DNA of 64,000 bases from an uncultured Planctomycetaceae bacterium (GCA_963815195.1 CAWFGE010000023.1:224001-288000); one strand, 5' to 3'; counted from the stretch's first letter, positions 1 to 12,011 are shown. Program-made: numbers and translations. The notes: generated by a model from the sequence alone, not told the origin.

Positions 1-29
1 ATGTGAACGTGCGGGTCGATGATCTTCAT
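1..29 (-). CDS. 5' end of amidohydrolase-family protein (runs off window)
   Basis: Reverse strand reads MKIIDPHVH, the DxHxH metal-binding start typical of amidohydrolases. Confidence 0.6.
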
Positions 30-100
30 GAGGTTCTGTCCCTTTAAAGTCAAATAGGTTACGCTGCCAACGGGCGGAAAGTTTTGGAAGAAGGCGGGCG

Positions 101-135
101 CCACGCCCTTCGCTGCGCTCAGGGACGTGCCACCC
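101..135. repeat. REP-like palindrome family A (half copy)
   Basis: CCACGCCCTTCGCTGCGCTCAGGGACGTGCCACCC matches elements at 34318, 51896 and 59586. Confidence 0.75.
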
Positions 136-221
136 GATTCTCCTATAGAATACAGCCATGAAACGCGGTCCGAAACCGTTAGAATGATGGTTTTGAATCC
201 TCCCCAATTTGAATCGGTCCC

Positions 222-1841
222 ATGAAGAACGACCTCCGCGAAGATTGGCAAGCTCTCTTACAGACATTTCGGCACGAACGCGACGAGATCGCGCTCGGCG
301 GCGGCGAGAAGGCGATTCGCCGGCAGCACGAAAAGCACCGCATGACCGCCCGCGAACGGATCGCCGCTTTGCTCGACCTGGGCAGCGAGTTTTTTGAATT
401 GGGGCGGTTCGCGGCGCGGGGGATGTACGCCGACTGGGGCGGGGCACCGTCCGCGAGCGTGGTCTGCGGGATCGGGCGGATTGCGGGTCGGCAGTGCATG
501 GTGATCGCCAACGATGCCACCGTCAAAGCCGGGGCGTTCTTTCCGATGACCGCCAAAAAAGTCCTCAGGGCCCAGCGGATCGCGCTCGTCAATCGCCTGC
601 CTTTGGTGTATCTGGTGGACTCGGCCGGCGTGATGCTGCCGCTTCAGGATGAGGTCTTCCCCGACGAGGACGACTTCGGCCGCATCTTCCGCAACAACGC
701 GGTGCTCTCGGCGATGGGCGTGCCGCAACTCGCGGCGATTATGGGCAACTGCGTCGCGGGCGGCGGGTATTTGCCCGTGCTTTGCGACAAGCTGGTGATG
801 ACCGAAGGCTCGGGGCTGTATCTCGCCGGTCCCGCGCTGGTCAAAAGCTCCATCGGGCAGACCGTCTCACATGAGGAACTCGGCGGGGCGAAAATGCACG
901 CTTCGATCAGCGGCACGATCGATTTCCGCGAACCCGACGAACCCGCGTGCATTGCCCGGCTCAGGTCGCTCGTGGAAACCTGGCCCACGGATCCGCAGGC
1001 GACGCAATTCCGCCGCGGCGAATCCACGCCGCCCGCTCGGCCTATCGAAGATCTCTATGATCTCTTTCCGCTCAACCCGCAGATGACTTACGAGGTGCGC
1101 GATGTTCTCGATTGCCTCGTGGATGCGGGGAGCTTTCAGGAGTACAAGGCCGAGTACGGCGGCACGCTCGTGTGCGGCTATGCGAAGCTCGGCGGGTTTT
1201 CGGTGGGCGTGGTCGCTTGCCAGCATCACCCGGTGCATCCGCCGAAGTCGGGACTCCAGTTCGGCGGGGTGATCTATCACGACTCCGCCGACAAAGCCGC
1301 GCGCTTCGTGATGGACTGCAACCAGACCTGGACGCCGATCGTTTTTCTGCAGGATGTGTACGGCTTCATGGTCGGGCGGGATTCGGAGCAGTCCGGCATC
1401 ATCCGCGCGGGGGCGAAGCTGGTGAGCGCCATCTCCAACAGCCGCGTGCCCAAGCTGACGGTGATCGTCGCCGGCAGCTACGGGGCGGGGAATTATGCCC
1501 TGTGCGGGAAGGCGTTCGATCCGCGGTTGATCTTCGCGTGGCCGAACGCCCGCTGCGCGGTGATGGGTTCGAGCCAGGCGGCTTCGACGCTTCTGGACAT
1601 CAACATCGCCGCGCTCAAACGCGCCGGTCAGGAGCCCGACGCCGAGGAGCTTGAGGCCCTCCGCGAAAAGACGGTCGCAAGCTACGAAGAGCAAACCGAC
1701 ATCCGCTACGCCGCCTCGCGGGGCTGGGTGGATGAACTCATCGAACCGGCCGACACGAGAAACGCCCTCATCACGGCCTTAGAAGTCGCCTGCCGCCACG
1801 CCGACGAGGAACCGTTCCGCACGGGGGTGTTTCAGGTTTGA
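222..1841 (+). CDS. Acyl-CoA carboxylase carboxyltransferase (beta) subunit, methylcrotonyl/propionyl-CoA carboxylase family
   Basis: 539 aa; motifs ANDATVKAGA, LVDSAG, GNCVAGG, GFMVG, SYGAGNY. Confidence 0.92.
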   Translation: MKNDLREDWQALLQTFRHERDEIALGGGEKAIRRQHEKHRMTARERIAALLDLGSEFFELGRFAARGMYADWGGAPSASVVCGIGRIAGRQCMVIANDATVKAGAFFPMTAKKVLRAQRIALVNRLPLVYLVDSAGVMLPLQDEVFPDEDDFGRIFRNNAVLSAMGVPQLAAIMGNCVAGGGYLPVLCDKLVMTEGSGLYLAGPALVKSSIGQTVSHEELGGAKMHASISGTIDFREPDEPACIARLRSLVETWPTDPQATQFRRGESTPPARPIEDLYDLFPLNPQMTYEVRDVLDCLVDAGSFQEYKAEYGGTLVCGYAKLGGFSVGVVACQHHPVHPPKSGLQFGGVIYHDSADKAARFVMDCNQTWTPIVFLQDVYGFMVGRDSEQSGIIRAGAKLVSAISNSRVPKLTVIVAGSYGAGNYALCGKAFDPRLIFAWPNARCAVMGSSQAASTLLDINIAALKRAGQEPDAEELEALREKTVASYEEQTDIRYAASRGWVDELIEPADTRNALITALEVACRHADEEPFRTGVFQV

Positions 1842-1876
1842 GAAGAGGGATATAATTCACGCGAGGAGAACAACCT

Positions 1877-2107
1877 ATGAACATTACAAAAGAGCAATTG
1901 GAAGCCGCCGAACGCGGCCAGCCCGTCGAGCTCTCGGAAGACGGGAAGAATTTCATTCTCATCAGCCGAGACGCGTATGATCGCGTCAGGCATACGATCG
2001 AGTATGACGACGGCGAGTGGACGGAAGAGGAAATGTCCCGGCTGGCCGCGGAGACATTTGAAGATGCCGACAACGCGGGGCCGATCACGTTAAATGCCGG
2101 ACGTTGA
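1877..2107 (+). CDS. Small acidic hypothetical protein (antitoxin-like size and composition)
   Basis: 76 aa ORF with GAGGAG Shine-Dalgarno upstream; fills the gap between convergent genes. Confidence 0.6.
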   Translation: MNITKEQLEAAERGQPVELSEDGKNFILISRDAYDRVRHTIEYDDGEWTEEEMSRLAAETFEDADNAGPITLNAGR

Positions 2108-2118
2108 GCGATTTTCCT

Positions 2119-3986
<1,868 letters not shown>

Positions 3987-4293
3987 GCTGCCATCCTTGT
4001 TCGGGGCTCTGGCGTCTTCTGGCGGTTTGGGGGAGTTGAATCCGTACCGGTCACAAAGTTCCCCTCACCTAACCCTCCCCCCAAGGGGAGAGGGAACAAA
4101 TCCTTGCGAGCGCAGACCGGTCCCCATCAACGGGCGAAAGAGCGTACCGCAAACGAAAATCCCGGTCAAGACGGCGTGGCAAATGGCCGACCGCCTATGA
4201 CCGCCTATTGGACCCTATAAACAACAGCCGGCATTTATGTTACAATGAGGATGATATGGGGGCCTAAAGAGTTCATAGGAGAGAGTGTGCGAC

Positions 4294-5607
4294 ATGGCGA
4301 AATCTTCCTCTGCGGTGAGCCGGCGGTTTTTTCTCAAAGGGGCTGGGGCGACGATGTGCTTGCCCTGGCTGGAATCTCTGCCCGTCTGGGGAAAAGAAGC
4401 CGGCGCTCCGCCGCCCAAGCGGTTTGCGGTGCTGTTCATGGCGAACGGCGTCCATCAATCCGAATGGTACGCCCAAGGGGCCGGGAAGGAGATGCAGTTT
4501 GGGAACTGCTTGAAACCCTTGGAACCGCTCAAAGAACACGTCAACGTCATTTCCGGCCTGTTCAACAAGAACGCCACCGGCGTGGGGATTCATCCCGGTC
4601 AAACGGGCAATATCCTGTCGGGCGTGTCGCTGCAAAAAGGGGCGGTCTTGAAGGGCGGGATCTCCATCGACCAGGTCCTGGCCAAGAAGTTCGAGAACGA
4701 GACCGTCCAATCCAGCATCGTGCTGGGATGCGAGCAACCCGTCACCGGCTATCACGAAACCAACTTCTCGATGGCCTACAGCTCGCACATCTCCTGGCAA
4801 AACACCTCGGCCCCGGTGCCGATGGAAGTTTATCCCTCCCTGGCGTTCGATAGCCTGTTCGACAACCAGGGCAGCCGGCGAACGCAAAGCATCCTGGACC
4901 GGGTCAAGGATCACGCGAACTCCCTCAACCGCCAGGTCAGCCGGGCGGATCGGCTCAAGATCGAGGAATACCTGGGCAGCGTCCGCGAGGTGGAAAAACG
5001 CGTCGAACGCATGCGAGCCTTAAAAGACCGCGCCGAAGAACGTGCCAAACAGAAAGGCCCGGTCTTCACCATGCCCCGCCCAGACAACGGCATGCCCGAG
5101 GATTTTCGCGAACACATCAAGCTGATGCTGGACATCATCGCGATGGCCTTCCAGACCGATAAGACCCGCATCGCGAGCCTCCTCATGTGCCGGGATATTT
5201 CGGGGTTGGTCTATCCGTTCCTCAGCGTGCGGATTTCCCACCATTACGCCTCGCACAAAGACACCGAAAGCGAGTACGAGCGGATTTCGAAATTCTACTG
5301 CGAGCAACTCGCTTACCTGGCCCAGAAACTCGAATCCATGCCCGAAGGCGAGGGCACGGTGCTCGATCATTCCCTGCTCTATTTCGTGAACAACCTCTGG
5401 TCCGGCAAACGCCACGACAGCCGAAAGGTTCCCGTGATTACCGTCGGCAATCTGGGCGGAACCGTGGAAACCGGCCGGGTGCTCGATTACCGTAAGCGAG
5501 AAGACGAGGAACGCAAACTGTGCAGCTTGTACCTCTCGATTCTCGACCGCATGGGCGTGGAACTCGACTCCTTCGGCGATGCGACGATGCGTCTGGACGG
5601 ATTCTGA
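4294..5607 (+). CDS. DUF1552 family protein with Tat-like signal
   Basis: SRRFFLKG leader, LPWLESL, SIDQVLA, YSSHISW, AFQTDKTR, GTVLDHS. Confidence 0.85.
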   Translation: MAKSSSAVSRRFFLKGAGATMCLPWLESLPVWGKEAGAPPPKRFAVLFMANGVHQSEWYAQGAGKEMQFGNCLKPLEPLKEHVNVISGLFNKNATGVGIHPGQTGNILSGVSLQKGAVLKGGISIDQVLAKKFENETVQSSIVLGCEQPVTGYHETNFSMAYSSHISWQNTSAPVPMEVYPSLAFDSLFDNQGSRRTQSILDRVKDHANSLNRQVSRADRLKIEEYLGSVREVEKRVERMRALKDRAEERAKQKGPVFTMPRPDNGMPEDFREHIKLMLDIIAMAFQTDKTRIASLLMCRDISGLVYPFLSVRISHHYASHKDTESEYERISKFYCEQLAYLAQKLESMPEGEGTVLDHSLLYFVNNLWSGKRHDSRKVPVITVGNLGGTVETGRVLDYRKREDEERKLCSLYLSILDRMGVELDSFGDATMRLDGF

Positions 5608-5989
5608 TCGATCGAATGAATGATCGACCGGAATCCCGATCGCATGGCGCAAAAAAATCTCCCCACTCACTCGGATAGGTGAACGGGGAGGAACTGCGCG
5701 TTGTCGGGGGGAATAATGGCTGGGAATGATCTCCGGAATCAACACGCGATAACAACAGGCGTATTGTTACACATCCTGCATCAAAATTTCAAGAGAAATT
5801 CATATTCTTTTGGAAAAATTGGGATCACTCGAAGAATTTTTGTCGCATTTATTCGCCGGAATCTTGAACGGTCTCGAAACACAAGCCCTGTTCGGTTTTG
5901 CGAACGCTGGGTCATCCACAAACGCGAACGCCCCGAAGGGGGGGGAATCCTCCGGGGCGAAGAATCGACGCGTTGTCCAACGACTCGGC

Positions 5990-6643
5990 TTAACGTTTGG
6001 AGAACTGGAAGCTCTTGCGGGCTTTCTTGAAGCCGTATTTCTTCCGCTCCACCATCCGACCGTCGCGGGTGAGATAACCGCCTTCGGACAGTTTGTGGTG
6101 CAAGCCGGCGTCGCGGGCTTGCAAGGCCCGGGCGATGCCGAGCACGATGGCTCCCGTCTGGCCGGTGGTTCCGCCACCGTTGACGCGGACCCAAATATCC
6201 ACCTTGTCCAAGTTGCCGGTGGCTTTTAGAGGACCTTTGACCATTTCCTGGTCGCGTTCCGTGGTGAGGTAGTCATTCAATTCGCGGCCGTTGATTGTGA
6301 GTTGGCCGTTGCCGTCTTTGACCCGCACCCGCGCGACGGAGGTTTTCCGGCGGCCGGTGCCGAGGGCCGCCCCGAAGCGGTCGATTTTCCCGCGGATGAC
6401 GGGCTTGAAACTGGGAGTCACCGTTTCGTCCGCCGGCGCGCCTTCGCCCAGCGTCAATCCTGCCGCCAATGTGCCCGGGGTTTCCAGGGAGGGTTGCTCG
6501 GGTTCGGCGGGCGTTTCGCCTTCCGGTTCCACGGGCGTGACGCCGAGCGGATTCGGAGCCGCCGGCGAAACCGGCGTTGCCACTTGCTCAGGAGGCAAAG
6601 CATCCTGTTCTTGTTCGGGCGTGTCTTGGGATTCGTCTACCAT
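5990..6643 (-). CDS. rpsI: 30S ribosomal protein S9 with long acidic Pro-rich N-terminal extension
   Basis: GTGRRKTSVARV, GGGTTGQ, ERKKYG..ARKSFQFSKR. Confidence 0.97.
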   Translation of the reverse strand: MVDESQDTPEQEQDALPPEQVATPVSPAAPNPLGVTPVEPEGETPAEPEQPSLETPGTLAAGLTLGEGAPADETVTPSFKPVIRGKIDRFGAALGTGRRKTSVARVRVKDGNGQLTINGRELNDYLTTERDQEMVKGPLKATGNLDKVDIWVRVNGGGTTGQTGAIVLGIARALQARDAGLHHKLSEGGYLTRDGRMVERKKYGFKKARKSFQFSKR

Positions 6644-6671
6644 GAGAGAAGGTCCGCTCTTATGAAAATTC

Positions 6672-7154
6672 CTACAGATATTCGGGGAGTTCTTTGGGGG
6701 TTTGCGACTGGTGGGGATGATGCGGCCCGACGTAAAGCTTCAGCTTCTTGAGCATCTGCCGACCGAGCTTGTTCTTGGGCAACATCCGGCGGACCGCTTC
6801 GTGCAAGATGCGTTCGGGATGACGTTCCCAGACCTCGGCCGCCGTTTCGATCTTCCGGCCGCTGGGATAGCCCGAATAGCGGTCGTAGATCTTTTCTTGC
6901 ATTTTCACCGTGAACTGCGGGTGCGTGGGATGCGCAATGCCCGCCCCGCTGAACCGCACCCGTTCCGCGTTCACCACGATCACGCAGTCGCCGCAATCGA
7001 CGTGGGGCGTGTACGTGGGCTTATGTTTGCCCATCAAAATCGTGGCCAGGCGGGTCGCAAACCGCCCCACAATCTCGCCGGTTCCGTCCACCACGTACCA
7101 ATCGGGCTGGGTGGTTTCCTTTTTTGCCATGTAAGATTTGGGTAAGGCAGGCAT
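6672..7154 (-). CDS. rplM: 50S ribosomal protein L13
   Basis: WYVVDG, GKHKPTYTPHVDCGD, MLPKNKLGR; start taken at MPALPKSYMAK. Confidence 0.97.
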   Translation of the reverse strand: MPALPKSYMAKKETTQPDWYVVDGTGEIVGRFATRLATILMGKHKPTYTPHVDCGDCVIVVNAERVRFSGAGIAHPTHPQFTVKMQEKIYDRYSGYPSGRKIETAAEVWERHPERILHEAVRRMLPKNKLGRQMLKKLKLYVGPHHPHQSQTPKELPEYL

Positions 7155-7417
7155 GCCGAGCTTCACCTTGATTAGAGCGATTCGAACGGGCACAAGGCCC
7201 CCGCGGGTTTTTGTGTTTTCCAAACCGAAAAGCTTAGCGAGTTCGAGCCGGGCCATCAATGCAGCCGGCACAGAATTTTGGGATTCGCGACGCGATGGTA
7301 GTGCATCCGTCTCGGACGCATAGGCAGGTGAGCCGCGCAAAACAAATTCGCCCGAAGGGCAAGCGAGGGAGTCAGCAATTCCCAAGTTGGCGTTTCGGGC
7401 GATTCATGAATCCCCGA

Positions 7418-8599
7418 TCAGAGATCGACGACCTGGCGGTCTTTGGCGAGTTCGATGTGGGTGCCGCGGGCTTTGGATTCGCGCTGGAGCTGCTCATCGA
7501 GCGTCAAACGGTCCAGCCATTCGCGGTCGGGATCGTGATGGCCGATGTACGTGTGCTTGATCCCGCAGTCGTACGCCCGTTCCAAAACGTCTTCGATGCA
7601 GCTATGCCCCCAGTCCATGCGGCACACCCCGGGCGTGCAGCGTCCGGTGCCTTTCCGCCCGTGGTACTCCTCGAGCAAATATTGCCCGTCGAAATAAGCC
7701 ACATCCGCTCCCCTGGCCATCCGCCGAACGAGTTCCTCGGCCCTTTCGCTGCGTTTTTGCAGGGGATCTTGCGGATCGTCCCCGTGGCGAAGCTCGTGAT
7801 CCGTGCAGAAGACGAACGTCGCGCCCTGATGCTCAAACCGGTACGCCAGGCAGGGAGTCGCCGCATGATACACCGGAAACGGCGTGATCACCGTCTCCCC
7901 GAGGACGATGGGCTCGTTCAAATCGTGGATGCTGCAATTGGGCACCAGGCGTTCTTTGGGATCGGGATGTTTCAGGTCGCGGATTTGACACCCGTGGAAC
8001 GTCGCCGACATCATCCGGTAATCGAGGGGATCGTCCCGGTGGGTCGCTTCGGAAACCTGCTTGGAGAACACCGCAAACCGGTCGTCGAGCGCGGCCAGAA
8101 ACCGGTAATTCCCATACACAGAAAGGTCGAATCCGGGGCGGGCGAAACAAATGTCCGAAAACGGCAGCCCGATCCGGTGATCGAGGTGGTCGTGCGTCCC
8201 GAGGATGTACAGCGTGCGGTCGGCGTCGGGGTCCCAGTCCAGAATTCGATGGCGGGCAAAATGCCGAATGCCGCTGCCGCCGTCGAGCAGAATCACATAC
8301 CCGTCGGACGTTTCGACTTCGGTGCAGGTCGTTTCGCCGCCATAGACGGAATATCTCGCCCGGCCGATCCGCTCGAAAACTCGGGCGATCGTGTCCTGAT
8401 TCACGGGGCCGCCCAGGAGGGTTTCCAGATCGACCGGACCACCGGCGGACCGGGACTGCAAATCCCGCAAAACGCGTTCGATCATGTCGGTGGCGATTAT
8501 GTTCGTGTAATCGTCCACTTCGTCGGGGCCGGGGAAATGCTGCAAACTGCCCTGCGTTCCCCAAAAGGTAATTCGCAGCTTTTTGACGGGCGAATTCAT
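7418..8599 (-). CDS. MBL-fold metallo-hydrolase
   Basis: FWGTQGS, YGGETTC, LDGGSG, THDHLDH, TDHE, WGHS, HHDP. Confidence 0.88.
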   Translation of the reverse strand: MNSPVKKLRITFWGTQGSLQHFPGPDEVDDYTNIIATDMIERVLRDLQSRSAGGPVDLETLLGGPVNQDTIARVFERIGRARYSVYGGETTCTEVETSDGYVILLDGGSGIRHFARHRILDWDPDADRTLYILGTHDHLDHRIGLPFSDICFARPGFDLSVYGNYRFLAALDDRFAVFSKQVSEATHRDDPLDYRMMSATFHGCQIRDLKHPDPKERLVPNCSIHDLNEPIVLGETVITPFPVYHAATPCLAYRFEHQGATFVFCTDHELRHGDDPQDPLQKRSERAEELVRRMARGADVAYFDGQYLLEEYHGRKGTGRCTPGVCRMDWGHSCIEDVLERAYDCGIKHTYIGHHDPDREWLDRLTLDEQLQRESKARGTHIELAKDRQVVDL

Positions 8600-8793
8600 C
8601 CTGTCACCTGAGGGGAAGGCTAGTGGCAAAGCAGAAAGGCAGGCGAAGCTGCCCGGTTTGCAAAACGTGGGCGACGATGCGAGGCCCTTCTTTCCAAAAG
8701 TCATTGTCGGAATCGAACTTCATACAATAATAATACCGAGCCCGTCAATTTCAAAAAACCGCCGCGAAAATCGGTCCAGGATCCTGGTGTGAC

Positions 8794-9534
8794 ATGACGA
8801 GTCGTTTTCGATCGCCCTCCCAGTATTTGTCGGCCGCGGAATTTTCGGAGAACCCTCAGAATCTCGCCCGGCGGATGTTCCGACAAGCCTGTCGGTTAAA
8901 CTTTGAACAGGCGGGATTCGCGCTCGCCCAACTCGGCACCGACGGGGACTCCCGCCGGCTCCGGCAGTGGATGTTGGACATCTTGGACAGTTTGACGGAA
9001 TGCTCCCGGGAGCAATCGGGGCGAGAATTGCTCGCCCTGTCGATGAGCCGCTTCAACCAGCAGGCCACGACCAAACCGCACCGCGACGGCGGACCGGCCG
9101 AATCGCTGCTGCTTTTGGGTTATGAACCCACCCCGATCGACAGCCGACTTTCGATCGCGGACTATTCCCGCTGCGCATTCGATCTGGGTTTGACGCCGAC
9201 CGAGTTTCTGGATCGGCATAACCCGATGTTTCCCGCCGCGGGCGATTTGCTCAAGGAATACACAATTCCCGTGAGCGAGTTCGATCCGCGGCAGTATCAA
9301 ATCCTGCTGATCAACAACAGTTCCGCCGACTTCGATCCGCCCGACCCGCGCTGGCAAGGCGTGCTGCATCAAGCCACGATCCCGCACCCGCGGGAGGACG
9401 CGGTACGCGCTGTGAACTCCGTCCAACTGACCCCGGCGGGTTCGTCCGGTCTCGTTCCTATGACGGATGCCGAACGAGAACAGTTTCTGACCGACGACGC
9501 TTTGGGCCGGCAATACGGCCGGCAATCCGCGTGA
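8794..9534 (+). CDS. Hypothetical protein, possible 2OG-Fe(II) oxygenase-like fold
   Basis: 246 aa ORF with host-like codon usage; HxD (PHRD) and distal His (VLHQA). Confidence 0.6.
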   Translation: MTSRFRSPSQYLSAAEFSENPQNLARRMFRQACRLNFEQAGFALAQLGTDGDSRRLRQWMLDILDSLTECSREQSGRELLALSMSRFNQQATTKPHRDGGPAESLLLLGYEPTPIDSRLSIADYSRCAFDLGLTPTEFLDRHNPMFPAAGDLLKEYTIPVSEFDPRQYQILLINNSSADFDPPDPRWQGVLHQATIPHPREDAVRAVNSVQLTPAGSSGLVPMTDAEREQFLTDDALGRQYGRQSA

Positions 9535-9549
9535 AGAACCGATTCGGTT

Positions 9550-9846
9550 TCAAGGGACATCCGTTGAGTCTGTCAAAGCCGGTTCCTGGAGACTCCGCGC
9601 GACGCGAAAGCCAATATCTGCCACATCCTGCTCCAGGTCAAAACCACGAAACGCGGATCGGCAGTGATAACTCCCCCGAAACGATCCCCCGCGAACCACA
9701 CATAGGTTAGATGCTTTTTCGCACACCGGATCCTCGATGGGCGATCTCAGATAAAATCCGAGATCATGCCGGTCGTCATACCATTCCGAAACGTTTCCAT
9801 GCATATCGTAGAGACCAAAAGCGTTCGGCGGATAGGAACCGACGGG
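9550..9846 (-). pseudogene. C-terminal fragment of formylglycine-generating enzyme (FGE/SUMF1) domain protein
   Basis: [22 protein letters not shown]...VRGGSF...CRSAFR...IGFRV; 5' part replaced by integrase DNA. Confidence 0.85.
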
Positions 9847-10060
9847 CTCAAGAAAATCATCAAACGCGCCGGACTCAAAGTTTGGCCGAAGATTTGGCAG
9901 AACCTCAGGTCAACCCGGCAAACGGAATTCGAGAGAAGACTTCCCGGCCCACGTTGTCTGTGCTTGGATGGGGAATCGCGAACCCGTCGCCAAACCGCAT
10001 TACCTCCAAGTCACCGACCAGCACTTTGAAAAAGCTGTGTTTAACGCGCTGCAAAACCCG
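9847..10060 (+). pseudogene. C-terminal remnant of tyrosine recombinase/integrase
   Basis: [24 protein letters not shown] then (frameshift) [12 protein letters not shown]...[13 protein letters not shown]; ends near a tRNA 3' end. Confidence 0.8.
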
Positions 10061-10172
10061 GTGCAGACATTGCACGCTCGGCAGAACTCGCCAAAGGTGA
10101 ACAACGCGAATTCGCCAAGTGCCTCAAGGCGAGCGATGCCGATATTTGGCGAACATCGACAGTGTGCAAAAG

Positions 10173-10246
10173 TAGGGCCGGAGGGACTCGAACCCCCAAC
10201 CAACAAATTATGAGTTTGCTGCTCTAACCGATTGAGCTACGGCCCC
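10173..10246 (-). tRNA. tRNA with CAT anticodon (Ile2 or elongator Met; not initiator); CCA not encoded
   Basis: GGGGCCG-TAGCTCAATCGGTTAGAGC-A-GCAAA CTCATAA TTTGT-...GGGGG TTCGAGT CCCTC-CGGCCCT-A folds into a cloverleaf. Confidence 0.95.
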
Positions 10247-10260
10247 AATCTTTTTGGTAA

Positions 10261-10294
10261 CGGCTTGCGTCACATGGATTTGTGATGCAAGCCG
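10261..10294. other. 14-bp stem-loop between tRNA and RT gene (terminator or msd-like hairpin)
   Basis: CGGCTTGCGTCACA-TGGATT-TGTGATGCAAGCCG with one G-T pair. Confidence 0.7.
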
Positions 10295-10473
10295 GTTTTG
10301 TCTGTGTCTGTCCCGGGTGCGTGTTTAATTCCTATTTGCAGCCTGTGGAACCTAGCTCTCCAAATCGGCCCGAGGTCCGCGGGCAGGAAATGGGTTAACT
10401 CTATCGGCGGATTGGGGCCGGGTCCAGTCCGCGCGCGGCGGCCACTGGCAACTTGTTGTCACTGCTTCCCACG

Positions 10474-11782
10474 TTATCGCGACGCCGCTTGCGACAGGCC
10501 GGCAAGTTGTTCGAGCAGGCTCTCGCCAAGTTCTGGCTCGCTCATCGCGATATACGCCGCATAGCCGGCGAGGGTTTGCGGCGTTTCGCCGTCGCGGAGC
10601 GGTTTGCCCTTTGTCAGATTATGGATCGCCGCGCGGATTTGCCGTTTGAGCGTTCGGGAAACGCGGGGCGGGCGGTCGCCGTTGGTGACGAGGCCCGTCA
10701 CCTGCTGCCGGCTGCCTTGGCGGTTGATGCGGGTTTTTTCGGGATGAATCTGAAACCCCTCATCGGCCACCGTCCGCTTGACGAGGCCCATCAGCCGGCC
10801 CAAACTCGGCGGCCCCTTATGCTCCGCCGGCAGGCTGAACGTCAAATCGTCCGCATACCGCGTGTACCGCCAACCGTGCTTTTTCGCGAGCCCCGACAGC
10901 CTGCGGTCCATCCGCAAGCAGAGCGTGTTCGTCAAGCCGGGGCTCGTCGGCGCGCCTTGCGGCAAACACCTCGGGCCCAAGGCGATAAAGTAAGTCTTGC
11001 CGTTGTGCTCGACGATCTCGCGGGGCGACTCGGTGCACAGGAGCGCGAGCAGCGTGGCGATCTGCTCGCGGTAGCCGGCCTTGCGGAACACGCCCTTCAC
11101 CCGCGGCAGCGTGACCGTGGGGAAGAAATTCTGGATGTCCATCTTCAAGAGGATCTGCGAATCGGTGTGCATCTTCGCGTTGGACAAAATCGACCGGCCC
11201 GGCAGGAAACCGTGGGCCGCCCCGTGGACGATCAGCTTTTCCACGATGTTCCGCAGAATCCAGCGTTGGGCGGCTTTGAGTTTCGGCAGCGGCGCCCAGA
11301 TCGCCCGCTCGCTGCCGTCGCGCTTGGGGATCGTAAACCGCCGATAGTGGATCAAAGTCGCCGCTTCGCGGTGATAGGCCAGCCAGCGAAGTTCCGCCAC
11401 GGAAAGATCCAGACTCTCGGCGAGCTCTTTCGGCGAATCCAGCGGCGGGCAGCTCGTTCTCGGCCGCGCGTTCCTCGGCGTGCTCCAGGTCCCACTTGTC
11501 CCAATCCAGGCCATCGTTCCAGAACACGTGCTCGCCCAGATGCACGATATAGTTGGCCCGGTACGCCTGCCAGGCTTCCGCCTTCAGCTTTTTCTTCTCC
11601 GCCGCCTCGCCCTTCAGTTGTTTTTTGTATGCCGCGAGTTCGCGTTTGGACATGCGGCCGGTTTCCCGGCGTTCGACGAGAAACCCGCGTTCGCGAAGCT
11701 GCTGCTCGATGTAAGCCTGCACGCTCCCCGCCTGCTCAATCGCCCGCCAAACCGCCGCCGCGTCCGACCGCCTTGCTGCCAT
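10474..11782 (-). CDS. Retron-type reverse transcriptase, Mx162-like, ~435 aa; one frameshift near 11450
   Basis: IPKRDG, AAHGF..GRSILSNA..H, D..NFFP, LPQGAPTSP, YTRYADDLTFS, QVTGL (retron VTG); N-terminal extension (AIEQAG..QL..RG...HLG..VFW) resembles the myxobacterial Mx162 RT as recalled. Confidence 0.92.
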
Positions 11783-11983
11783 GTCGTGTGGTCCTAAAGC
11801 CTTTATGTTTTGAAAAATCGAATCCGATGAGACAAGGTGTGTCACGATACGTCAGATCACAAGTGGACGCATCATTATTTTTTAGAAATCTGTTTCGGAA
11901 CATAAGCCCTATTTAACAAAATAGTTACCAAAAGTGCCAATCGTCGTCTGTCCAAAAAATCGCTCTGCAAGAAAATTTAGTCG

Positions 11984-12011
11984 TTGACATCCCTCCATAG
12001 CCGCATATAAA
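11984..12011 (+). promoter_or_regulatory. Sigma70-like promoter pointing away from the RT
   Basis: TTGACA-16 nt-TATAAA in an AT-rich intergenic region. Confidence 0.5.

Noticed and set aside
1842..2118. Tn7 insertion at the attTn7 site downstream of glmS
   Set aside because: Only a small ORF lies there; no Tn7 ends or tns genes
3987..4290. glmS ribozyme
   Set aside because: No recognisable conserved core; the region holds a common palindromic repeat and promoter-like DNA
4294..5607. Stand-alone DUF1552 gene as a novelty
   Set aside because: Planctomycetes carry many paralogs and the usual partner may lie elsewhere in the genome
10474..11782. Group II intron RT
   Set aside because: No maturase X/endonuclease domain or domain V RNA motif seen; retron-type motifs present
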